Origin: Alphaproteobacteria bacterium
GTDB lineage: Bacteria > Pseudomonadota > Alphaproteobacteria > UBA828
Direction: 5' to 3'
Assembly: GCA_965220745.1 (NCBI GenBank)
Contig: CBDCQT010000010.1
Span: 608,001-672,000, forward strand
Length of the DNA stretch: 64,000 nucleotides
This document shows, in pieces, positions 39,333 to 49,707 of the stretch (within the stretch, counting starts at the first letter, position 1; each line of letters starts with the position of its first letter). The notes beneath the pieces were generated by a model. That model was not told where the DNA came from and did no database searches. It saw only the letters and a program-made list of their open reading frames with translations. Both the position numbers and the translations under genes were made by a program.

Positions 39333-40830
39333 GACCAACGCACATTCCGATAGCGGGCAACCCCCTCAAGCCCTCGAAAGTGCCAAGGAGAGGGGCGCGT
39401 ATTACACACCCGAGCAAGTTGTGCGCAGCCTTCTCAGCTGGGCCGTCCACAATACCGAAGACCGCCTTCTCGATCCCTCATGTGGAGACGGGCGCTTCAT
39501 CGCCGGTCACCTCAAAAGCGTCGGGATTGAGCAGGATCCAAATGCCAGTGCGACCGCGATGGAGCGTGCACCGGGCGCTCTCATCCATGAAGGCGACTTC
39601 TTCGCCTGGGCGAGCAGCACCGAAGAGCGCTTTGAGTGTGCTGCTGGCAACCCACCCTTTATTCGTTATCAGCGCTTCAAGGGCGCCACACGCACGCGCG
39701 CGATCGACCTTTGCGACACGCTCGGCGCCCGCTTTTCCGGCTTGTCGTCATCCTGGCCGTTGTTCCTGGTTGCGACTGCCCATCTTCTTAACCGAGGCGG
39801 GCGCATGGCCTTTGTCGTACCAGCTGAAGTGGGCCATGCACCATATAGTGCGCCTCTAATTGAGTATCTAGCGCAAAACTTTTCTTTCCTTCAGATCGTT
39901 GCAGTAAGAAGTAAAATCTTCCCACATTTGTCGGAAGATTGTTGGCTGCTTTATGCGGGCGAGAAGGGCGGATCGACCAAGGAGATATGCTTCAGCATCT
40001 TGGATGGATTCTATTTCTGCGACAAACCGCCCCCGGTAAATGTGCGTGTTGCGTTGAGCGCTTGGCGCTCCATCTGGAATTCGCGGTTGCGCCCATTCCT
40101 TATGCCGAAGTCAGCTCGTGACCTTTACGAACGCGTGGCGCATGAACATGACTGCTTGCGACTAGGCGCAATCGCGCAAATCAATATTGGGTACATCTCA
40201 GGAGCCAACGACTTTTTCCATCTGCGCCTTTCTGAGGCGCAAGACTTGGGGATTCCAAGCACCTGTTTGCAAACGACAGTTCGCAACGGCCGCGCTCTTC
40301 CGTCGAATCGGCTCGACGAAACGACAGTGGAGAGGTGGTTACGCGAGGATCGTCAGACCCTGTTACTCCGGCTACGAAAAAATCAAGAGCTTCCCGATCC
40401 AGTCCGTGCTTACTTACAAACTACGCGGGCAAAGGAGGTATCGAGTGGATATAAGTGCCGAACGCGCAATCCCTGGTATGTTGTACCGGACGTTAAGATT
40501 CCAGATTATTTTTTAAGTTACATGTCGGGACGGGAAGTTTTGCTCGTTCAGAACGCAGCAGGCTGTGCCTGCACGAACTCGCTGCATACAGTTCGACTCA
40601 GGAATAAAGCGGCACAGACCCATATTCGAGTGGCTCAAAAGTCGCCATTATTCCAGCTGAGCTGTGAAATCGAGGGACATCCCTTGGGTGGTGGAATGCT
40701 GAAATTAGAGCCGCGAGAGGCATGTAATGTCCTAGTACCAGATTTTGCCGCACTTTCCAGAGGAGATACGAGCATCGTAGAGGACGGGATCACCGCCCTC
40801 CAGGCATGGAGACACTATGCCCCAGCTTGA
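39331..40830 (+). CDS. Gamma-class N6-adenine DNA methyltransferase of a putative type II R-M system
   Basis: GAYYTP, LLDPSCGDG, GNPPF, C-terminal TRD ending GGGMLKLEP; lower GC than flanks. Confidence 0.9.
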   Translation: MTNAHSDSGQPPQALESAKERGAYYTPEQVVRSLLSWAVHNTEDRLLDPSCGDGRFIAGHLKSVGIEQDPNASATAMERAPGALIHEGDFFAWASSTEERFECAAGNPPFIRYQRFKGATRTRAIDLCDTLGARFSGLSSSWPLFLVATAHLLNRGGRMAFVVPAEVGHAPYSAPLIEYLAQNFSFLQIVAVRSKIFPHLSEDCWLLYAGEKGGSTKEICFSILDGFYFCDKPPPVNVRVALSAWRSIWNSRLRPFLMPKSARDLYERVAHEHDCLRLGAIAQINIGYISGANDFFHLRLSEAQDLGIPSTCLQTTVRNGRALPSNRLDETTVERWLREDRQTLLLRLRKNQELPDPVRAYLQTTRAKEVSSGYKCRTRNPWYVVPDVKIPDYFLSYMSGREVLLVQNAAGCACTNSLHTVRLRNKAAQTHIRVAQKSPLFQLSCEIEGHPLGGGMLKLEPREACNVLVPDFAALSRGDTSIVEDGITALQAWRHYAPA

Positions 40831-41731
40831 AGGTTTCACCGCAGACGATTGGAAGTCTTGTCATTGGCTTGGTACGGAAGAAACTTTCCGTCATCTTGCT
40901 ACATCGAGAGAGCGAACACAAAGTCAGAAGATCGTCAAGCCTCTGCATTGGTACATCGCGTGCCGACTGGTTCTAGAAGGCGGCTTTCTTCCCGATGACA
41001 TCAAGCCTCGTCCTCCCTTCAAAGCGGTTAAGAAGGGCAACCGGTGGTCGCTGAGTTTCGATCAAACAGAAGCTGGCGGCGGCGAAGCTACTGTCCTCGG
41101 TGGCCTCAAGACGAAGGACGTAGATATCGTTGTGGACAAGCCAGGGATTGGCCCGGTCATCGCGATCTCTTGCAAGAGTACTGGTAACGCATTCCGCAAT
41201 CTTACTAACCGAATGGAAGAAGCGGTCGGCGAATGCACGAATTTGCACATGACTTATTCGGCGCTTGTGATTGGATACTATTCAGTGTTTAGAGCGCATC
41301 GCGCGGGTAGCGACCCAGAGTTAGAGGATAACGATGTAGCTCTTCAGGCAGATGGCAATCCTGTTGACGGGATCATCCGATACCACGAGGCGTTTCGCCA
41401 ACTCGAGGGGCGCACGGACCTCAGAGATACTATCAGCAAATACGAAGCTGTGAGCCTCTCTTTGCTCGAGACCAAAGGTCCTAATGTTGGTGAGCTCTTC
41501 GATTCCTTCCCTCCGAAGGGCAGCCCGTTGCGTTCGGAGAATTTTTTCAACAAGATTTACCGTCGCTACGACGAGCGGTTTGTGTTCGCAGCTCCAATCT
41601 TTGCCACACGCAAAATTACACCCAGAATTGAATGGGATGCAGACTCACCGCTCTTCACCGCGAATTTGGGATTGATAATCGGCGAAGCGCCCGAACTCGA
41701 CTATGAACCGCGCAAATCCTTGCAAGCGTAG
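40817..41731 (+). CDS. Putative type II restriction endonuclease, PD-(D/E)xK fold
   Basis: Overlaps the MTase by 14 nt; KDVDIVV...AISCKS...NLTNRMEEAVG resembles the XhoI/PaeR7I-type core; low GC. Confidence 0.65.
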   Translation: MPQLEGFTADDWKSCHWLGTEETFRHLATSRERTQSQKIVKPLHWYIACRLVLEGGFLPDDIKPRPPFKAVKKGNRWSLSFDQTEAGGGEATVLGGLKTKDVDIVVDKPGIGPVIAISCKSTGNAFRNLTNRMEEAVGECTNLHMTYSALVIGYYSVFRAHRAGSDPELEDNDVALQADGNPVDGIIRYHEAFRQLEGRTDLRDTISKYEAVSLSLLETKGPNVGELFDSFPPKGSPLRSENFFNKIYRRYDERFVFAAPIFATRKITPRIEWDADSPLFTANLGLIIGEAPELDYEPRKSLQA

Positions 41732-41958
41732 AGAGGCCTGAGGAGCCCAACAGACTGGCGAGCAAGCCCTATCTTGCCGACTCCCCGGACGATGGTGCGG
41801 TGCAGGGGGTGAGGCGCTTGGGTCAGGATCGCCGCATGGACTGAGGGAGCGAACAGGTTGGCGCAGGCCGAGGACGGCTGAGCGCGCGGTCGTCGCTTGT
41901 GCGTTCAGGGTCACTTATCAGGGCCCGCGACCCATGCCCTCTACGCCCGCGACCTTCC

Positions 41959-42033
41959 CAGGCTCGGGCGACTCAGGCGTGCGCGACTCAGGCGCGGGCG
42001 ACATCCCGCCTAATCCCGGCTTGTCCCGCCTCA
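41959..42033. repeat. Short tandem repeats (3x15 bp followed by 3x10 bp)
   Basis: CAGGCTCGGGCGACT / CAGGCGTGCGCGACT / CAGGCGCGGGCGACA, then TCCCGCCTAA / TCCCGGCTTG / TCCCGCCTCA. Confidence 0.65.
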
Positions 42034-42166
42034 ATAATTTGATGTGCGTCCCACGGGCCAGGCCGAGGCGCCGCCCCCGCCCGCTCCCCACCGCCGCGCG
42101 CCCTTCCGCCGGCGCGGCATCTGCGCCATGATCCCGCGCACACACGCCACGGATGGGGAGAGGGTC

Positions 42167-42931
42167 ATGGCCAAGATACTCGTAATCGTTCCCTTCGCCT
42201 TCGACGAGAAGGGGCTCGCGAACCGGCGCTCGCAGCTGGATTCGGTCTCGTTCGGCCCGGACATCGAGTTCGACTTCCGGGGCGTCAAGGCGGGGCCGGC
42301 GCTGCTCGACTGCTACCACGACTACAGCATGGCCGACATCTCGCTGTTCGAAGCGGGCCTCACGGCCCAGGAGGACGGCTACGACGCCGTCTGCATCGAC
42401 ACCATGAGCGATTCCGGCATGAACGCCATGCGCTCGGTGCTCGACATCCCGGTGATCGGGCCGGGGCGGGCCTCCTACATGATGGCGCTCATGCTCTGCA
42501 ACCGCTTCTCGGTGGTGACCCAGTGGGACGGCTGGATCCCCCTCTACAAGAAGAGCAGCGTGGAATACGGCGTCGCCGACCGCTTGGCCTCCGTCCGCTC
42601 CATCAACGTGATGCCGGATGTCGAGAACCTGCTGGGCGGCAAGGAGGAGGTGGTCTTCCCCAAGCTGGTGGAGTGCTCCACGCGCTGCATCGAGGACGAC
42701 GGCGCCGAGGCGATTCTGCTCGGCTCCACCACCATGCACCAGGCGCACGGCCACATGGCCGAGAACCTGCCGGTGCCGGTCATCAACCCCGGCCCGCTCA
42801 CATACAAGCTCGCCGAATGCGTGCTGGGCCTGGGGCTGAGCCACAGCCGCAAGGCCTATCCCAGCCCGACCGTGCCGAAGCCCGCCATGGTCCACGCCAT
42901 GATGGACGGTGCTGCGACCGTCGCCGACTGA
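42167..42931 (+). CDS. Asp/Glu/hydantoin racemase family protein
   Basis: GYDAVCIDTMSDSG, LDIPVIGP, GAEAILLGSTTM, PVPVINP. Confidence 0.85.
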   Translation: MAKILVIVPFAFDEKGLANRRSQLDSVSFGPDIEFDFRGVKAGPALLDCYHDYSMADISLFEAGLTAQEDGYDAVCIDTMSDSGMNAMRSVLDIPVIGPGRASYMMALMLCNRFSVVTQWDGWIPLYKKSSVEYGVADRLASVRSINVMPDVENLLGGKEEVVFPKLVECSTRCIEDDGAEAILLGSTTMHQAHGHMAENLPVPVINPGPLTYKLAECVLGLGLSHSRKAYPSPTVPKPAMVHAMMDGAATVAD

Positions 42932-42946
42932 CGAGGGGAGAACACC

Positions 42947-43738
42947 ATGGCCGGACGGCTGGCAGGCCGCGTCGCGCTCATCACCGGCGCCGCGAGGGGC
43001 CTCGGCGCTGCAATGGCGCGCGGGATGGCGGCGGAGGGCGCGCCGGTCGCGCTTAGCGACATCGACAAGGAGGGGGGCGAGGCGCTCGCGGCAGAGCTCG
43101 AGGCCGGCGGCGCCGAGACCATGTTCATCACCCTCGACACGACCAGGGAGGCCGATTGGGAGGCCGCGATCCCAGCGGTGATCGATCGCTTCGGCGGCCT
43201 CGACATTCTCGTCAACAACGCGGGCGTCGTCGTCGTCGAGCCGGTCGACGCGATTACGGTGGAAAGCTGGCAGAAGACCATGTCGGTCAACCTCGACGGC
43301 GTCTTCCTCGGCACCAAGCACGGCATGGCCGCGATGCGCGCGGGCGGCTCGATCATCAACATCTCCTCGATCATGGGCTTTACGGCCACGCCAGAGCTCA
43401 CCGCCTATTGCGCGAGCAAGGGGGCGGTCAGGCTCTTCACCAAAGGGGCGGCGCTGGACGGCGCCAAGGACGAACGCCGCATCCGGGTGAATTCGATTCA
43501 TCCCGGCTACATCCATACCGAAATGATGGAGGCCACCTGCTACAGCGAGTACGGCAGCCTCGAAGCGGGCATCGAGGCACTCGCCAAGCGCCACCCCATC
43601 GGGCGCGTGGGCAAGCCGGAGGACATCGCCAACGGCGCGATCTTCCTCGCGTCCGAGGAATCGAGCTTCATCACCGGCACTGAGCTGGTGATCGACGGCG
43701 GCTTCCTGGCGGTGGGCGGCTACGGCGTCCATCCGTAG
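42947..43738 (+). CDS. SDR oxidoreductase, copy 1
   Basis: TGAARGLG, NNAG, YCASK, IHPG. Confidence 0.93.
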   Translation: MAGRLAGRVALITGAARGLGAAMARGMAAEGAPVALSDIDKEGGEALAAELEAGGAETMFITLDTTREADWEAAIPAVIDRFGGLDILVNNAGVVVVEPVDAITVESWQKTMSVNLDGVFLGTKHGMAAMRAGGSIINISSIMGFTATPELTAYCASKGAVRLFTKGAALDGAKDERRIRVNSIHPGYIHTEMMEATCYSEYGSLEAGIEALAKRHPIGRVGKPEDIANGAIFLASEESSFITGTELVIDGGFLAVGGYGVHP

Positions 43739-43790
43739 GCGGAGCAGCGCATAGCCCCTGTCATCATTCTTCAGGGAGATCGAAAAGGAA

Positions 43791-43906
43791 CACCCCCTCC
43801 TCATCTCGGCCTCTCCTCCCCCGCCGGGAGGAGAGGGAGAGAAATCCGGCGCTACCTACGTCCCCCCTCCGCCCTTCCGGGGGGAGGGGGACAGGGGGAG
43901 GTGGGG
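43791..43906. repeat. REP-like double-hairpin palindromic intergenic element
   Basis: CCTCTCCTCCC-ccgcc-GGGAGGAGAGG (43810-43836) and CCCCCTCC.CCC-ttcc-GGG.GGAGGGGG (43863-43890). Confidence 0.65.
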
Positions 43907-43941
43907 CGACCGTCGACAATTGACGAGAGGAGAAGCAGAGA

Positions 43942-44733
43942 ATGGCAGGACGACTGGAAGGCCGCGTCGCGCTCATCACCGGTGCCGGGAGGGGCCTCGG
44001 CGCAGCAATGGCGCGCGGGATGGCGGCGGAGGGCGCGCCGGTCGCGCTCAGCGATATCGATGAGGAAGGCGGCAAGGCGCTCGCAACGGAGCTTGGGGCC
44101 GGCGGCGCCGAGGCCATGTTCATCACCCTGGACACGACCAAGGAGGCCGATTGGGAAGCCGCGATCCCGGCCGTGATCGATCGCTTCGGCGGGCTCGACA
44201 TTCTCGTCAACAACGCGGGCGTCGGCATCGTCGAGCCGCTCGACGTGGTCACGCTGGAAAGCTGGCACAAGACCATGTCGGTCAACGTCGACGGCGTATT
44301 CCTCGGCACTAAGCACGGCATGGCCGCGATGCGCGCGGGCGGTTCGATCATCAACCTTTCCTCGATCCTGGGCTTTACGAGCATTCCGGCTCTCTCGGCC
44401 TACAGCGCGAGCAAGGGGGCAGTCAGACTCTTCACCAAGGCTGCGGCGCTGGACGGCGCCAAGGACGAACGCCGCATCCGGGTGAACTCGATTCACCCCG
44501 GCTACATCCATACCGAGATGATGGAAGCCACCTGCTACCGCGACTACGGCAGCCTGGAAGCGGGGATCGAGGCGCTCGCCAAGCAGCACCCCATCGGGCG
44601 CGTGGGCAAGCCGGAGGACATCGCCAACGGCGCGATCTTCCTCGCCTCGGAAGAGTCGAGCTTCATCACCGGCACGGAGCTTGTGATCGACGGCGGCTAC
44701 CTGGCGGTAGGCGGATACGACGTCCATCCGTAG
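43942..44733 (+). CDS. SDR oxidoreductase, copy 2 (about 89% aa identical to copy 1)
   Basis: TGAGRGLG, NNAG, YSASK; 29 differences in 263 aa by manual count. Confidence 0.93.
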   Translation: MAGRLEGRVALITGAGRGLGAAMARGMAAEGAPVALSDIDEEGGKALATELGAGGAEAMFITLDTTKEADWEAAIPAVIDRFGGLDILVNNAGVGIVEPLDVVTLESWHKTMSVNVDGVFLGTKHGMAAMRAGGSIINLSSILGFTSIPALSAYSASKGAVRLFTKAAALDGAKDERRIRVNSIHPGYIHTEMMEATCYRDYGSLEAGIEALAKQHPIGRVGKPEDIANGAIFLASEESSFITGTELVIDGGYLAVGGYDVHP

Positions 44734-44820
44734 GAATACCTGCATTGGTCCGGCTTTGTCTGGGTTGTTCCGGACCGATCCGGCGCGCGACAACATCCTG
44801 AGACAAATGGAGAGACTGCG

Positions 44821-45837
44821 ATGAACGCGACCATCAATCGGCAGGTCAGGCTCGCGGCGCGGCCGGTGGGCATGCCGAAGGCAAGTGACTTCTCGCTGGC
44901 CGAGGAGCCGGCGCCCGAGCCCCGCCAGGGCCAAGCACTAGTGCGCGTGCTCTCGCTCTCGCTCGATCCCTACATGCGCGGGCGGATGAGCGACGCGAAA
45001 TCCTACGCAGCGCCGGTCGGCATCGGCGACGTGATGACCGGCGGCGCCGTGGGCGAGGTCGTGCGCTCGGAGACCGGGGGCCTCAAGGAAGGCGACCTGG
45101 TCGAGGGCATGTTCGGCTGGCAGGAATACGCGCTCTGCACGCGCGGCACCGCGCGGGTGCTGCCGGAGTCCGGCCATCCGCCCTCCTACGCCCTCGGCAT
45201 CCTCGGCATGCCGGGCGCCACCGCGTACTTTGGCCTGTTGGAGGTGGGACAGCCGCACCCCGGCGACACGGTGGTGGTCTCGGCGGCCTCGGGCGCGGTG
45301 GGCGCCGCGGTGGGGCAGATCGCCAAGATCGGCGGCTGCCGGGTGGTCGGCACGGTGGGCAGCGACGAGAAGGCGGCCTACATCACGGACGGGCTGGGCT
45401 TCGACGCCGCGATCAACTACCGCACGGCGAACGACATCGGCGCGGCGCTGGACGAAGCCTGCCCCGGCGGCATCGATGTCTACTTCGACAACGTGGGCGG
45501 CCCGATGACCGACGCGGTGATGCAACGCCTCGCCTTCAAGGCGCGCGTCGTGGTCTGCGGCTGCATCCACCACTACAACCTGACCGAGCCCTACCTCGGG
45601 CCGAGCCATCTGCGCCACATCCTCGTCAACCGGGCGCGGGTCGAGGGTTTCCTGGTGTTCGACTGGCTGGCCCGCTACCCGGAGGCGTTCGCGCGGCTCA
45701 CGGCGTGGCTCGACGACGGCTCCATGACCTACAGGGAGCACGTGATCGAGGGGCTGGAGAACGCGCCCGAAGGGCTCGGGATGCTGTTCGAGGGGCGCAA
45801 CTTCGGCAAGCTCGTGGTCAAGGTGGCGGAGCGCTGA
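44821..45837 (+). CDS. NADP-dependent alkenal/one reductase (CurA/PTGR-like)
   Basis: SLDPYMRGRM, GMPGATAYFGL, SAASGAVG, YFDNVGG, GKLVV. Confidence 0.92.
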   Translation: MNATINRQVRLAARPVGMPKASDFSLAEEPAPEPRQGQALVRVLSLSLDPYMRGRMSDAKSYAAPVGIGDVMTGGAVGEVVRSETGGLKEGDLVEGMFGWQEYALCTRGTARVLPESGHPPSYALGILGMPGATAYFGLLEVGQPHPGDTVVVSAASGAVGAAVGQIAKIGGCRVVGTVGSDEKAAYITDGLGFDAAINYRTANDIGAALDEACPGGIDVYFDNVGGPMTDAVMQRLAFKARVVVCGCIHHYNLTEPYLGPSHLRHILVNRARVEGFLVFDWLARYPEAFARLTAWLDDGSMTYREHVIEGLENAPEGLGMLFEGRNFGKLVVKVAER

Positions 45838-45841
45838 CGCC

Positions 45842-46933
45842 ATGGCCCAAGCGGGGGTCAGCGCGCCGGAAGCGACCGTCTGCGTCCTGATCGAGGACAT
45901 CTTCGGAGCGTTGGGCTTCGCCGCGGACGAGCGCGCGATTCTGACCGAGACCCTGCTGGAGGCGAGCCGCGAGGGCTATCACTCCCACGGGGTGATGCGC
46001 ATTCCCACCTTCGCCGAGGACACCAGGGCAGGGATGATCGCGCCGGCGGTGGCGCCGGTCGTGGTGCACGAGACGGCGGCGGCGGCGATGATCAATGCGC
46101 GGCGCTGTCTCGGTCCCGCCTCCTGTGTTTTCGCGGTGGAGCAAGCTGTGGCCAAGGCGCGGGCTCAAGGCATCGGCTGCGCGGCGGTGCGCAACGGCAA
46201 CGACGTGGCCCGCCTCGGCGCCTACGTCGGCGGGCCGGCACGCGCGGGGCTGATGACCCTGCTGCTGGTGAACGATGCTGGCGGCGGCGCCTGCGTCGCG
46301 CCCTTCGGCAGCGCGGCGCCCTTCCTCAGCACCAACCCGCTCGCCTGCGGCATCCCGCGCGCGGCGGGCGAGCCGCCGCTGGTGATCGACCTCTCCACCT
46401 CGATCACGGCGCTCGGCAAGATCCGGATGGCTGCGAACCAGGGCGAGGCCGTGCCGGAAGGCTGGCTGATCGACCGCGAGGGCCGTCCGACCACGGAGCC
46501 TGCCGGCTTCTTCGAGTCGCCGCGCAGCGCCTCTTTGCTGCCGCTGGGCGGCTTGGCCGACGGCCACAAGGGCTTCCTGCTCAGCCTGATCGTCGAGGCC
46601 TTTGCGGGTGCGCTCGCTGGCGCCGGCATGAGCCGGGGCAACGAGAACGAGGACCAGGGCAACGGCCTCTTCGTGCTCGCCGCCGACCCGCAGGCGCTCG
46701 GCAGGGGCGCGGAGTTCGTGCGCATGATGGAGGCGTTCGTCGCCGGGCTGGAGGCGCTGCCGCCGGCCGAGGGCGGCGCGGGCGTGCGCCTCCCCGGCGC
46801 GCGGGCGGGTGGCGGGCCCGGCGGCCCCTACCCCATCGATGGCCCGACATGGGCGCGGATCGTGGCGATCCTGGACGCGCTCTCGCTCGGCGACGACTAC
46901 GACGTGACGCCGGCGGCAGGTGGGGAGCAATAA
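45842..46933 (+). CDS. Ldh_2 family (malate/L-lactate/ureidoglycolate) oxidoreductase
   Basis: SHGVMRI, STNPLA, DLSTS, LLPLGG...HKG, RLPG. Confidence 0.88.
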   Translation: MAQAGVSAPEATVCVLIEDIFGALGFAADERAILTETLLEASREGYHSHGVMRIPTFAEDTRAGMIAPAVAPVVVHETAAAAMINARRCLGPASCVFAVEQAVAKARAQGIGCAAVRNGNDVARLGAYVGGPARAGLMTLLLVNDAGGGACVAPFGSAAPFLSTNPLACGIPRAAGEPPLVIDLSTSITALGKIRMAANQGEAVPEGWLIDREGRPTTEPAGFFESPRSASLLPLGGLADGHKGFLLSLIVEAFAGALAGAGMSRGNENEDQGNGLFVLAADPQALGRGAEFVRMMEAFVAGLEALPPAEGGAGVRLPGARAGGGPGGPYPIDGPTWARIVAILDALSLGDDYDVTPAAGGEQ

Positions 46934-46938
46934 CCCCC

Positions 46939-47790
46939 GTGGTCGATCCGGGCGACGAAGCGGCGCGGCAAGAGCGGGCGCGGGTCTGGTTTGAGGCGCT
47001 GCGGGACGAGATCTGCGCCGCCTTCGAGGCGATCGAGGATGAAGCCGAGACCGCGGGCGCCCGCCCCGGCCGCTTCGAGCGCAAGCCTTGGGAGCGGCCC
47101 GGCGGTGGCGGCGGCGTGATGTCGCTCATGCGGGGCCGGGTGTTCGAGAAGGTGGGCGTCAACGTCTCCACCGTCCACGGCACGTTCTCCGAAAGCTTTC
47201 GCCAGAAGATCGCCGGCGCTGCGGACGACGGCCGCTTCTGGGCGAGCGGCATCTCCGTCGTGGCCCACATGCGCTCGCCGCTGGTGCCGGCGGTCCACAT
47301 GAACACGCGATATATCGTCACCAGCACATGGTGGTTCGGCGGCGGCAGCGATCTCACGCCCACCTACCCGGACGAGCGCGACACGGCTGACTTCCACGGG
47401 GCGCTGGAACAAGCCTGCGCGCGCCACGACGCCGACTACTATCCGCGCTTCAAGGCCTGGTGCGATCGCTATTTCTACTTGCCTCACCGGGAGGAGGCGC
47501 GCGGCATCGGCGGCATCTTCTACGACGATCTCAATACCGGCGATTGGGCGGCGGATTTCGCCTTCACCCAGGATGTCGGCCGCGCCTTCCTCGACATCTA
47601 TCCGAAGCTCGTGCGCCGCCGCATGGACGAACCCTGGACCGAGGACCAGCGCGCACACCAGCTCGCGCGCCGCGGCCGCTACGTCGAGTTCAACCTGCTC
47701 TACGATCGCGGCACGCGCTTCGGGCTGGAGACCGGCGGCAACACCGAGGCGATCCTGATGTCGCTGCCGCCCGAGGTGCTCTGGCCCTGA
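46939..47790 (+). CDS. hemF: Oxygen-dependent coproporphyrinogen III oxidase
   Basis: [37 protein letters not shown]; start approximate. Confidence 0.95.
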   Translation: MVDPGDEAARQERARVWFEALRDEICAAFEAIEDEAETAGARPGRFERKPWERPGGGGGVMSLMRGRVFEKVGVNVSTVHGTFSESFRQKIAGAADDGRFWASGISVVAHMRSPLVPAVHMNTRYIVTSTWWFGGGSDLTPTYPDERDTADFHGALEQACARHDADYYPRFKAWCDRYFYLPHREEARGIGGIFYDDLNTGDWAADFAFTQDVGRAFLDIYPKLVRRRMDEPWTEDQRAHQLARRGRYVEFNLLYDRGTRFGLETGGNTEAILMSLPPEVLWP

Positions 47791-47844
47791 GCGGCGGCCG
47801 GCGCGGCTCTTGCCGGTTTCGCCCCGCCCTCGTAGCGTAATCGC

Positions 47845-49134
47845 ATGCAGGAAGCGGAAAACGGGGGCGGAGCGGACGCCGCAGCGCTGCGCGGCAGGCG
47901 CATCCTGCTCGTGATCGCGGGCGGCATCGCTGCCTACAAGTGCCTCGACCTGATCCGGCGGCTCCGGGAGAACGGGGCGCACGTGCGCTGTATCCTGACG
48001 CGCGCCGGGGCCGAGTTCGTCACGCCGCTCTCGGTCGAGACCCTGGCTGGGCAAGCGGTCTACACCGACACGCTCGCGCTCACCGCCGAAAGCGAGATCG
48101 CCCACATCGGGCTGGGGCAGGAGGCCGACATCGTGGTGGTGGCGCCCGCGACCGCCGCCATCATGGCCAAGATGGCCCACGGCATCGCCGACGACCTCGC
48201 GACCTCGACCCTGATCGCGGCGGACAAGCCGGTGCTCGTCGCGCCCGCCATGAACACGCGCATGTGGCAGCACCCCGCAACCGAACGCAACCGCGCGCGG
48301 CTGGAGGCCGACGGCGTCGCCTTCGTCGGCCCCAACGACGGCCCGCTGGCGGAGGGCGAGAGCGGCCCCGGCCGCATGGCCGAGGTGCCGGAGATCGTGG
48401 CCGCCATCGCCGACGTTCTGGCCGCCCGCTCCGGCTCCCTCGCCGGCCTGCGGGTCTTGGTCACCAGCGGCCCGACCTACGAGCCCATCGACCCGGTGCG
48501 CTTCCTCGGCAACCGCTCGTCGGGCAAGCAGGGCCACGCCATCGCCGCCGCTTGCGCCGAGGCGGGCGCCGACGTGCTGCTCGTCTCGGGCCCGACCGCC
48601 GAGGCAGCGCCAGAAGGGGTCGAGACGGTGCGCATCGGGACGGCCAAGGAGATGTTGGCCGCCTGCGAACAGGGACTCCCTGCCGACATCGCCATTTGTG
48701 CGGCGGCGGTTTCGGACTGGCGCGCGGCGGCGCCCCAAGACCAGAAGATCAAGAAGCCCCGAAGGGGCGAGGGACAGGGCGACGGCGCTCCTACGCTGGA
48801 GCTCACGGAGAACCCGGACATTCTGGCCACGCTCAGTGCCGCCGGCCCAAAGCGTCCTCGCCTGGTGATCGGCTTCGCCGCCGAGACCGAGGACGTCGAA
48901 GCCAACGCCGCCGCCAAGCTCACGGCCAAGGGCTGCGACTGGATCCTCGCCAATCAGGTGGCGGAGGGCGCGGTCTTCGGCGACGACGAGAATGTCATCC
49001 ACCTGCTCACGCACGCCGAGGAAAGCGGGGCGCCTGCGGTGGAGCGGTGGCCGCGCATGAGCAAGGCCAAGGTCGCCGCGCGGCTGGTCCAGCGCATCGC
49101 CGAAGCGCTCTCCTCGGACGCTGAGACGGCATGA
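47845..49134 (+). CDS. coaBC: Phosphopantothenoylcysteine decarboxylase/ligase
   Basis: [34 protein letters not shown]. Confidence 0.96.
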   Translation: MQEAENGGGADAAALRGRRILLVIAGGIAAYKCLDLIRRLRENGAHVRCILTRAGAEFVTPLSVETLAGQAVYTDTLALTAESEIAHIGLGQEADIVVVAPATAAIMAKMAHGIADDLATSTLIAADKPVLVAPAMNTRMWQHPATERNRARLEADGVAFVGPNDGPLAEGESGPGRMAEVPEIVAAIADVLAARSGSLAGLRVLVTSGPTYEPIDPVRFLGNRSSGKQGHAIAAACAEAGADVLLVSGPTAEAAPEGVETVRIGTAKEMLAACEQGLPADIAICAAAVSDWRAAAPQDQKIKKPRRGEGQGDGAPTLELTENPDILATLSAAGPKRPRLVIGFAAETEDVEANAAAKLTAKGCDWILANQVAEGAVFGDDENVIHLLTHAEESGAPAVERWPRMSKAKVAARLVQRIAEALSSDAETA

Positions 49135-49619
49135 GCGCGCCGGTGGAGACACCGGTCGAGATCACGGTCCAGCGCCTCGCCCACGCACAGGACTTGCCGC
49201 TGCCGAGCTACGCAAGCGCGGGCAGCGCCGGCCTCGATCTTTACGCCGCCGTAGGCCCGCTCACGCTTGCGCCAGGCGCCCGCGCCCTGGTCGGGACCGG
49301 GCTGGCGCTGGCGCTTCCGGAGGGCTTCGAGGGCCAGATCAGACCGCGCTCCGGCCTCGCGCTCAAGCACGGCGTGACCGTGCTCAACGCCCCCGGCACC
49401 ATCGATTCCGACTATCGCGGCGAAATCGGCGTGCTGCTGGTCAATTGGGGCGGTGCCCCGTTCGTCGTCGAGCGCGGCATGCGCATCGCCCAGCTCGTGA
49501 TCTCGTCGGTCTGCCGCGCGCGTCTGGTGGAGGACGAGGTGCCGCCCAGCGGCAGGGGCGCCGGCGGCTTCGGCTCGACCGGGCTGGGCCTGGAGAGCGA
49601 AGACGGCTCACGGGAATGA
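49131..49619 (+). CDS. dut: dUTP diphosphatase
   Basis: [32 protein letters not shown]. Confidence 0.96.
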   Translation: MSAPVETPVEITVQRLAHAQDLPLPSYASAGSAGLDLYAAVGPLTLAPGARALVGTGLALALPEGFEGQIRPRSGLALKHGVTVLNAPGTIDSDYRGEIGVLLVNWGGAPFVVERGMRIAQLVISSVCRARLVEDEVPPSGRGAGGFGSTGLGLESEDGSRE

Positions 49620-49707
49620 GCGAACGCCGTTGATCGCGTTCGTCCCGCATTGCACAATGGCTTGCCGGTACCGGAGAGCGCCGGGCCGGCCATGAAGGGG
49701 GACAAGC

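Noticed and set aside
41959-42033. Possible mini-CRISPR array
   Set aside because: Repeats are short, degenerate and contiguous, with no spacers and no cas genes
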